Assembly: GCF_964204645.1 (NCBI RefSeq)
Contig: NC_134029.1
Location: 11,992,850 to 12,056,849, forward strand
Length of the DNA stretch: 64,000 nucleotides
Origin: Tubulanus polymorphus
Taxonomy: Eukaryota; Animalia; Nemertea
Direction of reading: 5' to 3'
Each line of letters starts with the position of its first letter. Position 1 is the stretch's first letter. The translations under genes were made by a program, and so were the position numbers. The notes under the pieces are model-generated. The model ran no database searches, was not told the DNA's origin, and worked only from the letters and a program-made list of their open reading frames with translations. Below are positions 29,530 through 42,460 of the stretch, in pieces.

Positions 29530-30367
29530 TTCAGTTGAGATCCGAGGCGCGAAATTCTACAGAAATTAAACAAAAATTAGAACAGGATCGAGAAAAAGCG
29601 AAATGGTATTATGATCGATCTAGTAGAGCGTTAATTCCTCTAAAAGAAGGGGACACTGTACGAATCCGTGTCGATAAAAATGGGAACCAGCGTTATTGTT
29701 ACCTAAAGAATGTCAACCGTCAGAACCAAGATCGTATAATGTAAGGGGACCGTCTGGAAGAGTTTTAAGACGAAACCACAGAGATTTGCTGAAAACATCT
29801 GAGAGTAACATCTATCCATATGAGCCTGTAGAGGATGAACCTACTACAGTATCAGTTCCCCCAGTGCGCTTTACGCTCGGTCCAGGTTCCTGATCAGGTA
29901 CAAATAACTAACCCGGTTGTGACTAGGTCAGGTAGGGTCTCAAGACCCCCTAAGAAACTCGAAGATTTTGTAAAATAGGGTTCAGTTATGTCTGATTAGT
30001 TTCACTAATACGTATGTAGTTAGATAAATTTGTATCTAAATATAAAATGTATCTGAATAGTTCAAGTGAGCTAGTTAGCCTAATGCAAATAGTAAGTTGA
30101 AGATATTGTAATTTTCTGTATACATACGAAGTTGTGTTAAGTAATTAAGATTTTGAAATTAGAAGAAAGTTGCTCTAGAATATGAACAATTATGTAATTA
30201 GAGTTTTAATTGTTTTAAAAAAAAGGAGATGTTATGTACTCTGTACTGTGTGGTGTCGCCATCTGGAGAGAATAAAGTGATGTAGATTGATACAAGATAT
30301 CAATGGTTGCTGTTTTACTATTTTATGGCCGGCTTGAATATCAGTCCACATCGGGACAAACATTACA
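29530..30367 (+). mobile_element. Gypsy LTR retrotransposon 3' fragment (K02A2.6/Mag-like pol C-terminus, PPT and 3' LTR)
   Basis: Frameshifted peptide KAKWYYDRSSRALIPLKEGDTVRIR...PRSYNVRGPSGRVLRRNHRDL...VVTRSGRVSRPPKKLEDFV is typical of the post-integrase tail. Purine tract AAAAAAAAGGAGA immediately precedes TGTTATGT. Confidence 0.82.
30230..30367 (+). repeat. Short (138 bp) 3' LTR
   Basis: TG...CA ends with imperfect terminal inverted repeat TGTTATGT/ACATTACA, internal AATAAA, directly after the polypurine tract. Confidence 0.72.
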
Positions 30368-31539
30368 GTAAAGTTCACATACAGAATTATGTGACGTACT
30401 TCACCGATGCATACGTACGGGACGGGATATTCAGGATAACGCGGGTGTGGTTTCCCAGTTTTCTATGATATTTACATTTTACATCCACATTCTATATTTA
30501 TCAGATTATGCACTATAACTTTTGTTGTAATCATTATTATTAATCCGCACCCGGGACAAAATGTTCGCTCTTTAATTATGAAATCTATGTTACTGACATT
30601 ATGCCATACCTTTTTTCCCTTAATTGTTGGCCTACTGGGGCTCCAAATTCATTAGCGTATACGACGCAGTGGTAGATCGCCTTCCTGGCCGTTTCTTCAG
30701 TAATTGGACGCCCAGCAAGGTCCAGCATCTCCGAAAGGGATTCATCAGTAACTTTCTTGAATATAACCGTCGCTTCCTGTAAGCTCAACTGTTCTGTACC
30801 ATCTTTTGAGTGTTTCGCCATAGGTAATGTCGTTGGTGCGTCATTCCGAAGGGCTCTCACAACCGGCAGTATGCTACGTCCTATCAAGGTGTGTCCTTTT
30901 TTCAAGGTTGCCATCTGGAAAGTATAAGACTGAAGGCATGACAAATCGTTACTACAGTTATAGATATTGAATTCATCCTTAAAAGTAATTATACAGAACA
31001 AATCGTCTAAAATTGTCAAGTGACTGTCCAAAAGTAATTAACTATGACTACAATATATTTTGGTCGGATATTCTGTATTAATTATCATATTTATGGTTAA
31101 CTTTTACTACAAAGTGTGAGCAAATTATAAGTATACTATGTACAAAAAATCTTGTTCCCTGAAGACCCGAGTTACGATACTGTTGTCGACGTCCGTATGT
31201 AGCTGCAGTGAATGAGGTGATCTGGAAATCATGAAGTTTTATATACCCCTGTGCTACAACTGTGTGCATGAGTTGGAAAGATTGGTCTTTTCTAGTTCGG
31301 TATGCCTCTTTTGAATATCTATTCGTAGGTCTATTACCACGGAGACATAAATGTCCTGTGTACATCCGTCCTTGAAGGCTTAAAAGTGTCAATGTATTGA
31401 AGGATGGTGAAATAGCCGTTTCCAAGCGTCCTTACATATATGGTTTCCACATGACTCCAATCCAATAGAAAATTGTGTGGTTGGCCACATTTCAAAACAG
31501 AATTCCAGGCCCCGATTCTTGGGTTAAAATAGATAACGC

Positions 31540-31757
31540 TTCTGAAACACTTCTGATACATAACACACTTCTGATTCACTTCTGATGATACACTTCTGAT
31601 AATACACTTCTGATAATACACTTCTGATAATACACTTCTGATTCACTTCTGATTCAGTTCTTATACACATTTCTGATTCACTTCTTATATACACTCCTGA
31701 TTCACTTCTGATAATACACTTCTGATAATACACTTCTGATAATACATTTCTGATTCA
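31540..31757. repeat. Minisatellite of CACTTCTGATAATA (14 bp) and CACTTCTGATT (11 bp) units
   Basis: Directly visible tandem units. Confidence 0.9.
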
Positions 31758-31799
31758 CGAACAAGAAAACGACTGCTCCAAAATCATCACAACAAAAAA

Positions 31800-33424
31800 A
31801 GAACAAGTCTTCCTAGCACTAGCAGTTACGCAAAAGAAGTTGCTGAAGGGATCTTAGTTAGCGAACTCAAAATATCCAGCGATGTTATTGCTGCTGCTAT
31901 CCAGCGAGGGATAGAAAACGGTGTGAGGATAGCAATCGAGCGACTTAGGGACGAAATTGTTCAGTCCTGTATACAGCCGATGATTTCCGATCTCTGGCAG
32001 ACTCAACACGACTTAGAGCAGTACTCCCGACGAGAAACTCTCAAAATCGTGAATCTTCCAGAAGAAGAAGACGAAAGCGAGTCGTCCCTTAAAACTCATG
32101 TTTGCAGCATTGCGATAGATTGCGAAGATCTTACCAGACCAAGGACTGCCCTATTACATTGGATTAAGGCGAATCCAAAGGATTATAATGTGTCGACCAG
32201 AAACGGTAGAATTGTGTGTCATAATAGGGACGAGCGTCATTATATAAACGGTCCTAAAGACTTGGAAAAGCTAGGCGTTAAGGACATACCTTTCGCGGAT
32301 CTAGGAATCGAAGGTTACCCCACTATCTGCTAGGACAGCGCGGGGCATCATGAACCGTCAGCAAACCACGAACGTATCAAATCCTTAGCGGACCGTCTTA
32401 AATATAATTCGAACTCTTCAAAAACTCAGAAACCAGTTAATTTCCTCTCGTTAAACGTGTGTGGTCTTAAACACAAACTTTTATAGCAGGACTTTTTGAA
32501 CTACATATCAAAATTTGACTGTATTAGCTTAAGTGAAACTCATTTGGATTCGTTGGATGATATTACTATCCCAGGTTATACGATATTTTCTTAATTAAGG
32601 CCACAGTCAGATCACACTTACAAACCCAGCGGTGGAATCTCTATTATTTTCAATTCTAAGTTTAAGGATGGTATTAGAACGATAACCATACTCAAACGTG
32701 GTGAACGGATAATAAGATAAAATCCCACTATTTACAGATTAAAAGAAATTTAAAAACCAGAATTATTTATTCAATCAAAAATATATAAAAGACACGACGT
32801 TTCGATCTCACCCTAGAGATCATCGTCAGGTGTGAGATTAAGATTAAAAACGGGGGTATATATACAGAGGAGGACAGGTTAATTGAGTAAATTGGTGAGT
32901 GAGTAAATAATTAGTGTTTGGCAAGGCATGAAGTAATATACTTAGAAAGAAGGGAATTATGCGGAGAAAAGCCATTATTCTTCGACGAGTATCATCTATT
33001 TGCAGAATGTTCAATTTTAGACGAGTATAGACAACTAGTTTGGAACGGCCCCATTTCTTTAAACTTATCTCAATTTGGAACCCTATTAAGTAGGTGTAAC
33101 AACAAATCTAGAAGATTAGGAATATTTTGTAAAACGATTGTGAAACATATCAACCCTAGTCGTCATTTTAGGATCTAGAAACCCACTTCTTTACCACTCA
33201 GCCTTCAGGTCCATTGTAAATTTTTCTTTGTATAGTGTATATAACATATACTCTGTGTACAGCTGTTGTGTTCCTTTTTTCTCCGTCAAATTTGATTAAT
33301 TATTCTATATTTTACGTTATGTTATACAATTGTAAATACTTCTTGATGTCCCTCTGTATACCTCTCATTGAGTTGATGAGTGTAAATAAATTTCATTTCA
33401 ATTTCATTTCAAATTTCAATTTCA
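31800..33424 (+). mobile_element. Degenerate, internally deleted LINE: ORF1, APE endonuclease start, ORF2 C-terminal zinc-knuckle region and (ATTTC)-type 3' tail
   Basis: ORF1 motif DLEQYSRRETLKIVNLPEE (31923-32333). From 32442: FLSLNVCGLK...FDCISLSETH...PSGGISI with stops (APE motifs). LCGEK...DEYHLFAEC at ~32960-33010. AATAAA followed by TTTCATTTCAATTTCA tail at 33386-33424. RT domain absent. Confidence 0.78.
32791..32834 (-). ncRNA. Minimal hammerhead-ribozyme-like motif in a Penelope pseudo-LTR fragment
   Basis: Minus strand reads CACAC-CTGACGA-T-GATCTC-TAGGGT-GAGATC-GAAAC-GTC-GTGT: CUGANGA and GAAA core, 6-bp stem II, closing stem. Confidence 0.72.
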
Positions 33425-33676
33425 CGATGGCTTCAAATAGTCCTATAAAACCAGTTGGTTTGTGTCTCATCACACCAGGGGGTGTTTTCTTTTCAAGTAT
33501 AAATGATATCAAATGGATCTAATGAACCATCGGATACTATGAATATTTAGTACGGATTGTGCACTTGAATCATAATTTATACGGGTAATATCACCTAATA
33601 TCAGTATATCACTTAATCCGTACTAAAAGGCTCAGTCCCTAGGGATACGGATTAACCGAGGTGGACTGTATTATAT

Positions 33677-35670
33677 TATGAAAATCATAATATGTGGATT
33701 AAACAAATTGTTTTATTTTTTAAATCAGAAAAATGATTTTAATAATAAAATATATCTATGTAGAAAATGTTTACATAAATTCAGTAATGAAAATGCATTA
33801 TTAAATCATACACAACTATGTGATAATCATGATTATTATAAATTAATTATGCCAAATGAAAAAAAAATTACATTAGAATTTATTCAATCAATCCGCTGCA
33901 GCTTGTGGATTATATGTAAAATCAGACTATCCAGAACTAATTGAATGTGAAAGTGAATACATAATTGAAAGTGAATATTATTATCATAGAAATGAAAATG
34001 TTATTAATCATTTTTGTGATTTATTAATTGAATATGAAACAAAATTTAATGAATTATTACATACAAATAAAGAAATTACAATGACAGAGCAAGATACAGA
34101 AGAGTTTGCAGATACACGTTTTCATTGTGAAAAACTATTCAATTAAAAAAGTTAGATATCATGATCATTTGAATGGAAAGTATCGAGGCGCAGCAGATGA
34201 GAATTGTAACTTGCAGGCTAAAAAAATTGATTTTGATTCAGTTATATTTCATAATTTATCAGGGTATGATGCTCTTTTATTCATTAAACAACTATGTCAT
34301 AAAATAGAAGAAATTAATAATGAAATAGAAATAACAAATTCTAATAGATCAAAAGATGTTAACAAAATACCAACTTATAACTTCAAAATGTTAGCTAAAA
34401 CATCAGAAAATTATATATCTTTCCAATTTGGTTGTTTGAGATTTATAGACTTATATAGATTTTTATAAATAGTTCATTAGATAATTTATCAAAATCACTG
34501 GTTGATGATGAACTAAAAATATTGAAACAACATTATCCAAATAATGATTTTCAATTAATGAGTTATAAAGGAGCAATTCCATATTCATTTCATATCATAA
34601 TGATTTTAATATAATATCATAATGATAATATAACTGAACTTAGAAAAGAACAATTCTATGATGAATTTTATGATGATTAAGATGTGTTAAAGGTGAAGTT
34701 TATGATAGAACATTGAATATATATGTAGAATCATTGTGGAATGAAAGATCATGGACAGTTAGTAGATTTATATTTAAAATCGGATGTATTATCATTAACT
34801 GATATATTCGAAAGGTTTGGAGATGTAAATCTAAAATATTTTAATATTGATCCATGTCATTGTTATTCTAGTCCAGGTTTAACTTGGGACTGTGGTTTGA
34901 AATTTACAGATATAAAAATGGATTTGTTAACATATATAGACCAGTTATTATTATTTGAAAAATCTATAAGAGGAGGAGTCTTAGGTGTGTTAGGTGATAG
35001 ATATTTCAATGTAAATGATAATCCTGGATATACGTTATTATATATAGATGCAAATAATCTGGTTGGGCAATGATGAAGAACTATCAAATTATCAAAAAAG
35101 AATTAAACCTGAAAATCATATACATACAGAAAAGTTAATGGTGACTCAGGACGATAAATTTAATTATGTAGTACATTATCGGATGTTGAAGTTTTATTTG
35201 CAACAAGGAATAATATCAAAAAATGTACATAGATATATTTCATTCAGTCAATCTAAATGGTTACAACAATATATAGATTTTAACACTACACAAAGAACTA
35301 AAGCTAAAACTGATTTCGAAAAAGATTTCTTCAAGTTAATGAATAATGCATTCTATGGAAAAACTTGCGAGAATATTAGAAGTAGAATTGATATTGAGTT
35401 GGTGAGCAATGGTAAAAGGATAAGACATTTACAATCATATCCTAAGTTCGTAGGCAACAGAATATTTGATGAAAGTTTAGCTGCTGTTAAAATGAGAAGA
35501 ACAAGTATGAAGTTCAATAAAGCTTTTAAGAAATATCAAAATTATTGATGCATGAATCTTATTATAATGTTTGCAACCACATTTTGCTGAAAAACATATA
35601 GAAATCTTATATTTTGATACCGACAGTTACATATTAAAGATAAAAACTAATAATATAATCGATGATATAA
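33677..35670 (+). pseudogene. Decayed protein-primed family B DNA polymerase of a Polinton/Maverick-type element
   Basis: Colinear fragments across ORFs 33678-35888: CRKC..H...C zinc finger, YHDHLNGKYRGAADENCN, FHNLSGYD, RFIDLYRFL, YLKSDV, YIDANNL, KLMNNAFYGK, YFDTDS. Multiple frameshifts and stops. Confidence 0.9.
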
Positions 35671-35867
35671 CCAGAAAGAAACTTTCCATGATGGGTTTCG
35701 GTATTGACTTAGAACTTGAAAAGTTAATGGAAATAACTGTGTTGATGCGGTGCATGTTTAATCCATACCATCAAGGTAAAACGTCAGTAAATATACTTAC
35801 CATGGCCACCGGATACAGTATGCTTACGGCACAATCGCCAAGAACCCATGGCATAGGCCAATGGCTA

Positions 35868-36620
35868 CGGTACTCGAAAAACGCCTAATGAAATACACCG
35901 AATCGGAAAACGCATAACGCCTAATTCCTAGAAAATGACCTAATTTCGTAATTGCACCATCTACTGAGACTCACAATCCAACTCATCAACGGAACAGTTT
36001 GAAAATACATGTGTTTTACGCTTCACGAAACGAGACTATACTCTTATAAACTACATTATAGGATGATGATAGAATGTCCGCGGTGCAAGCAATTAATTAC
36101 ATAACGCCATAGAAGTGTAAACTGAAACAGTTTACACTTCTATGATAATGCGAAAACAAACGCCGCGGTTATAAACCGGCTTTCTTGAATTTTGAAACCG
36201 GAATGCATAAATATGATACAACGCACACAAAGACTGATAAAATAGCCTTTCTCAAATTATCCTCCAAACTGTTCACAACCACGCTAATGTGAACCTACCT
36301 AACCAATGAGAGGCTAAATAATGTCCAGCCCCTGAACTTCCTTGAACAAAAAATAATAAACTATATGTTCCATATAAAAAATATGATGTCTTTCATTATC
36401 ATAATACTCTGTCTTAATATAATAACACAGATTAGCCTGTGTAACCAAAGACAGTAGAAACGAAGATGGAACAGGCGGGGCTCCACGCACTCCGACGTGA
36501 ACTATGTAGCGTTGCGTACATAGTTCACGCAGGGAAGGTCAATTTCTTGGATGTTACTATGAATTAGGCGTTATGCGTTTACCGATTCGGTGTTTTTCAT
36601 TAGGCGTTTTTCGAATACCG
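35868..36620. mobile_element. Non-autonomous Mutator-like (MULE) element, 753 bp
   Basis: ~64-bp TIRs CGGTA(C/T)TCGAAAAACGCCTAATGAAA...; perfect 9-bp TSD CAATGGCTA at 35859-35867 and 36621-36629. Confidence 0.85.
36108..36144. repeat. Perfect 17-bp-stem hairpin, possibly a TIR-only micro-element
   Basis: CATAGAAGTGTAAACTG-AAA-CAGTTTACACTTCTATG, flanked by ATAACGC / ATAATGC. Confidence 0.7.
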
Positions 36621-39600
36621 CAATGGCTATGCAGTCCATTGGGTACATACTTCACATCCATGATTCAACATGAGCGTCTTGAAGCTGTTCACAGACTGAA
36701 CCTTAAGGCCAACTGCTAGCCTTACCCTGAAGGCCTATAGCTAGTATTACGATTGACCAAGTGGAACAGGAAAACAATATTCACCAGCGGAAGAACGACA
36801 ATTACGCAAGTTTAATTATGGACATTTTGGACTTGACAATTTTGATCCCGTGAGGCAATGACATAAAACAACTAAAACTTGAACATTAACTACCCGGGAG
36901 AAACAAAATCAGAAGATGCTATATAAGTTTTTCAAATTTCATGGCAGTACATATTAAACCAGGACGGCCGGTTACTGTTGAAATCAAGTTCAGCAACTGA
37001 GTGAATGTGGCTTTCAATAGTTTCATTCATTTAACGTTTTTAAATGTGACACCATGTCTTCGCATGTCCATTCGACAATTAAAATGTGGGTCTGTCGATG
37101 CACGTCTGTGTGGACGCAGTAAGACTAATCTTCTCCGTGCGAAGCGTTATCTATTACTACAGTAAGTGATAGATAAATGGTTAACGGTTAACGCGTTATT
37201 GCTGACAATGCAATCGACTCGCGTTGTGCACTAGTATCAAAAATATCAAAATCATCAGTGTTGCAAACTAAATACAAGATAGCCGGGCTCCAACGATTGC
37301 TAACGTAGTGGCATAAAAATGACGGGTTCAATTGATGACACTTAATGCCATCTTTAATAACTTAAGATTCTCCGGCGGCGTTGATCAAAACACGGATCTT
37401 GGGCGTGTGGTGTTATCACTGCGGAAAATAGTGGATGCACGCTACCTGCCGTGGTGCGCTGATAATATTTAGGTGTTTAAATGATGTTTTTTCAAACAGA
37501 AAAAACTCTATTCATCAAAATGCCTCGTTTGTTTTGTGGAATCAATTTGTGAGTTTCATTATTCCAACAAGTAGGTCTTATGTTCATTATGCCTAAATCT
37601 AAACCTAACCCTAACCCTTATCCTTCACCTAACACGATATGTGGACCTTACTCAAACCTTTAACATAAAATATTCGACGCATGCTAGTAGATTACGCAAT
37701 TTGGGAAGATTCCACAGTCGTATTGCTACGGCCTAACCCTAACCCTAATCCATGATCTAACTTGTGAATAAAGCGTATTAATTGAGGATACGATGCTTTT
37801 TCCTCCTTCGAATATGAATTAAGCTTATACTGCCCGTTCGATCATGGGGGCCTTATACGTATAGAGCATATATCAGATTTGAAAGTGTCATCAACAAAGT
37901 GAAATTGAATTGAAAATATGAAGTTTGTTCAATATAAACAAATTGAATTGAATTGCAAATTTTGAGTATGTTCAATAAAATCGAAACCGCTAGCATTGGA
38001 ATCGACGTTTCATGTAAGAATTCTACATTTGTCCCGTGAGAGGACCCATGTCCCGTCACAGGCCCGGGTCCTCTCACGGGACGCTGTAGTTTAACTCATA
38101 TGCAAACTGCACCTTGCCCATTGAAGTTTGAAAATTTGAGTTAAGCGAAAAGTGACTTCACGTTTCAATACACAAAAACTGTGCATTTCATGTAAACAAA
38201 CTTCAATATCTCTTAAACTAAAAGAGATAGACTAAAGATTTAAAGAGCAACACACATCACTTTTCAGTCAGGTAACAACATAACAACAGTTGAAAGACCC
38301 AAATGGCCAAAATTTTACCTGGATCCCAGCTAAATGCCTATCATGCCGAAAAATGGTTAGGCCTATATGAAAATATCGATGTTAGATCAAAAGTTATGAT
38401 AAAGGGGGGATAGATTAACTAGTTATCAATAGTTTATGTTTGCCCTAAGTTTATCGAGGAATATCTATTATTAGATAGGCCTACATTATTATTATTTGGT
38501 TTCCATGGTAACGACAAGAAAAGTTATGAAATATTGAGAAATATTGATATGATTTCAGGTGAAATTATTTTTTCACTAGATAATTACTGGAATGGAGCAA
38601 ACATGATTGTCAAGGCCTGTCAGTCAGGTCTAAATACTATAATCTTATAGGCCTAGGCCTAAATATTGTTATTTGCTAAATGAATTTTAGTGAAGAATAG
38701 CAGAAAATCTAGTCTGAATAACAGTCGTTGTTACCGGTTCCCTACAACATCTGACGCTAAAGTATCATAGAGGTTAACTCCTGTTAATTGCAATGCAACT
38801 ACTGATTTTAGTGTCAAATCAAACCTTTTTACTAAAATAAATTAATTAGTTACCTTGTTGACTTTGAAAACGTGTTTTACAATAATATTTTTGATGATTT
38901 AAATCGCGAACCGGAGAATTTATTGATTTGATTTGAATTGAATTGATTGCCATTATCGGGAATTCCAATACGGACTAGATCAATAAAATGTGAAAATTCA
39001 ATATGTCTCTCTAAAATTACTCTAAATGTTATTTATTTGTTGATAAAACGCATAAATTTTGGTCAATTTTAACCTTAAGAATTTGAAACAAGAATAATAT
39101 CTGCATTGGCATCAATGTCAGTCCAAGTTAATGTCCGAATCCGTAATTTACACTGCACCACGCACCACGAAAAGCCGCCATATTTGTTATGGTGCTTCAC
39201 TTCAACTATTTTTTGAGGCGACTATTCAAAAGTTTTGAGCTATGACGATCGTCAAAAGCTACTTAGGATTACAAATATTTGCACAAACAAGTTGAGGTCA
39301 GTTGATGATGTTTTAAGGGGTGAAATAGACGCTTAAAGCCTCATCCCTCAAAATGAGGGACGAAAATTAACCTTATATGAGCACTTTCGCCCTAGATGTT
39401 GTTTGTAGAACGACGGCTAGGTACTAGACTACAGAAAATCAGGCTTGGCCTAGCTCGAAACTCTGAAATTTGAAATATAATTCATGACAATTTAACTCAT
39501 GATATCATAATAAAATCAATCAGTTTAGAAACATAACCCAAGCAATAGTAATTGGCCTAATAGTACTAATAATAATAACTGAATAATAATCCATTTTTTT

Positions 39601-40556
39601 TGTTTTGAGCTAGATTTCAACAATATTTTTAATGAAATTTTGTTGCTTTTGGAAAATCCCCTCGGGAGCCTCACTGTCCCATCATGCGCCTCTATTTTTG
39701 CCCATCACAAGCCTCAATTCATCCCATTAGACGCCTCCCTCTTTCCACAGCCGCTTTACTGATGGGAGCATAGTGGCAGTCTGCCCGCGCAAAATTTTTT
39801 TACTGATCATTTCGCCAAATCTGTCCTAATATTCAGAAATACAGTGATAAATGGGCCTATTTATGAATTGGAAAATGAAAATAATAATTCACCGCTAGAC
39901 CGATGATTAATTGTTAAATATTGATCTCATCGCGAGCAGCGCGGCACGTGGTCATTCAATAGCGAGTGCCGGCCGTCATTTTTTATCGCTCGCTTCATCG
40001 CAAACCTCAGACATCGACTTTTCCGGCAGTAATAGCTCAGCGAAATAAAATCATGCGGTCTTCAGTAGGCCTATTTGAATTATAAGATCCTAAACCTTCG
40101 GATTCCTGATGATTTGTCGCTTATTCCGGGTCCTAAGCTGACGAATTTTGCTCTTGAAAAAGTGTATTTTTCGATTTCTATTTTTCTTCGACCAAAATGC
40201 AGATTATTTATACACTAACGCAACCCCCAAGTGATAAAGGTCGATCTTATTGGTTGATTCCAAAAGATTTTACCTCATTTGCATTGATAGACACGTTTCA
40301 TGAATGATTTTAGACCTACTATGCGATGCCAAAATGCGTAGTAAAAACGCGCATCACACTATTCCTAATCAATAATGGTCCTCACAATCGATAGTGGCGC
40401 CCCGCGCAGATTTGAACATACCTATTAAAGATGACAAATTTTTGCATTAGACCGAGTGGTTTGAGAAAGATTTGAGTGCCTTTCAGATACTTAAATCGTG
40501 CGATTAATACGAAAAAGTTGGCAAAATCCGTCTGTACTGCACCAGCCAGGAAGTAA

Positions 40557-41122
40557 AAATTACCATGATTTTTGAAAACAGACAGTGCTTTCGACCAGTA
40601 ATTCTGAACCGATTTTTACAAACGAGAACTTTTTGGAAAGATTGGACCATGAGGGAATATAAAACCGGGCAGAGATTGAAAAACGGCTCCTTTCATCACC
40701 GCGGTTGCCGCGTGTTTGCGTTAGCACTGCACTCAAACGCGATGCTTTCTAATCTCATTTTTGGGCATTTTAAGAATAATTACAATGCGCAACAAATATT
40801 CTAAGATTTATTACATAAATGTAAGATATTTAACCTAATTTGCGATGTGTCATTCCGCGTCAATAGTTTTTGATTTGAATTCGCAATTTTCGTATTAAGT
40901 GCAAAGCTATGATTAATAGCCGCCGTGTCCCAATTTTGAAACTTGTTTTCGATGTCGTTCACATTTTGCATTCGCTACAGACAGGATTATCATTTGAATC
41001 AGAAATAACGATATGCAGAAATAAGATCAGAGTCTAAGCTTTCCAAAAAGCCCTCGTTTGTAAAAATCAGTTCAGAATTACTGGTCAGAAACACCGTTTG
41101 TTTCCAACAATCATGGTCATTT
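40557..41122. mobile_element. Foldback/MITE-like element remnant with ~90-bp imperfect inverted repeats
   Basis: GACCAGTAATTCTGAACCGATTTTTACAAACGAG (~40595) versus CTCGTTTGTAAAAATCAGTTCAGAATTACTGGTC (~41053). No TSD found. Confidence 0.55.
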
Positions 41123-42460
41123 TAGCCCACTTGGAACTTAAGTCCCAGCAGGCTATTGCGTTCACTTTTCATCCGTTCGTCCGTGCATAGACGGAATCCA
41201 GTCATTTTGGGAAGTTTTGAAGACGCTTCAATGTAATGTCTTGATATTTGAGTTACACGCGTATCTACCCTAGATACATGTTCAGCCCAAAAACTGGCCC
41301 TGTCAGAATCAAGATGGCCGACTGGCAGCCATTGTTGTTCGCCAAAATCAGCACTTTTTACACGTTTTGAACTTTTTGAGGGAAATTTTGAAGAAGCCTT
41401 GTTCAATTACCTTGATATTTCATATATATTTGAAACCCCCCCCCCCCCCCGGGCCCATCAGCTTAACAAAAATTGGGTCGATCGGAATCAAGATGGCTGT
41501 CCTATGACCTTTTAAGTGCCCAAAAATGTCAATTTTGGCCCGAATTCTGAGTCCGGTAGCTTCCTACTGGTTTGCCATTTCTCATTGCAATTGCTGATGG
41601 GTATTCTTTGGATAGGGATGTTTTATACCTGAGACAGGTATTTTTGATCAGCCAATTCTGGGGCAATTGGCGGCCATCTTGGTGTCATCAGTACTCATTC
41701 ATAGGTGGGAAAAAGTTTTTCGACATTATATTGATACCTAAGCATATTTTGTTACCACAATGAATCAGAAAGTTGTAGCTTATAGGCTAATGTGTTCTAT
41801 GATTGTGGTGAGTTTCAAGTTCATTGGTTTTTGTATATGGCCACCAGGGGGCGTTGAATAATACAGTATCTTGGTATTTCTATATTATATTTGTACCAAC
41901 ACATATTTTGTTACCACAATCGATTGCAAAGTTGTAGCTCATAACATCGTCTATGATTGTGATGAGTTTTAAGGAAATTAGCTATTCTATATGGCCACCT
42001 GGGGGCGTTGAATAGTAGAATAACTTAGTATTTCCATATTGAATTTTATTGGTAACTAGGCATATTTTGTTATCACAATCAATTACAAAATCGTAGCTGC
42101 TGACATGTTCTATGATTGTGGTGAGTTTCAAGGTCATTGGTTTTTGTATATGGCCACTAGGGGGCGTTGAATAATACAATATCTTAGTATTTCTATATTA
42201 TATTTGTACCAACACATATTTTGTTACCACAATCGATTGCAAAGTTGTAGCTCATTACATCGTCTATGATTGTGGTGAGTTTTAAGGAAATTAGCTATTC
42301 TATATGGTCACCTAGGGGCGTTGAATAGTAGAATAACCTAGCATTTCCTTACTATATTGGTACCTAGGCATATTTTGTTACCATGATCAATTGCAAAGTT
42401 GTAGTTCATGACATGTTCTATGATCATGGTGATTTACAAGGTTATTGGGTTTTGAATATG

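Noticed and set aside
33530-33670. Possible pogo/Tigger-like TIR ending CGGATTAACCGAGGTGGACTG-TA
   Set aside because: Only one end found; no partner TIR or paired TSD.
37590-37750. CCCTAA telomere-like repeats
   Set aside because: Only 2-3 degenerate units; such motifs are common inside invertebrate non-autonomous TEs and do not indicate a telomere.
38350-38665. Cluster of TAGGCCTA palindromes
   Set aside because: Scattered short motif; enrichment cannot be assessed without a genome background.
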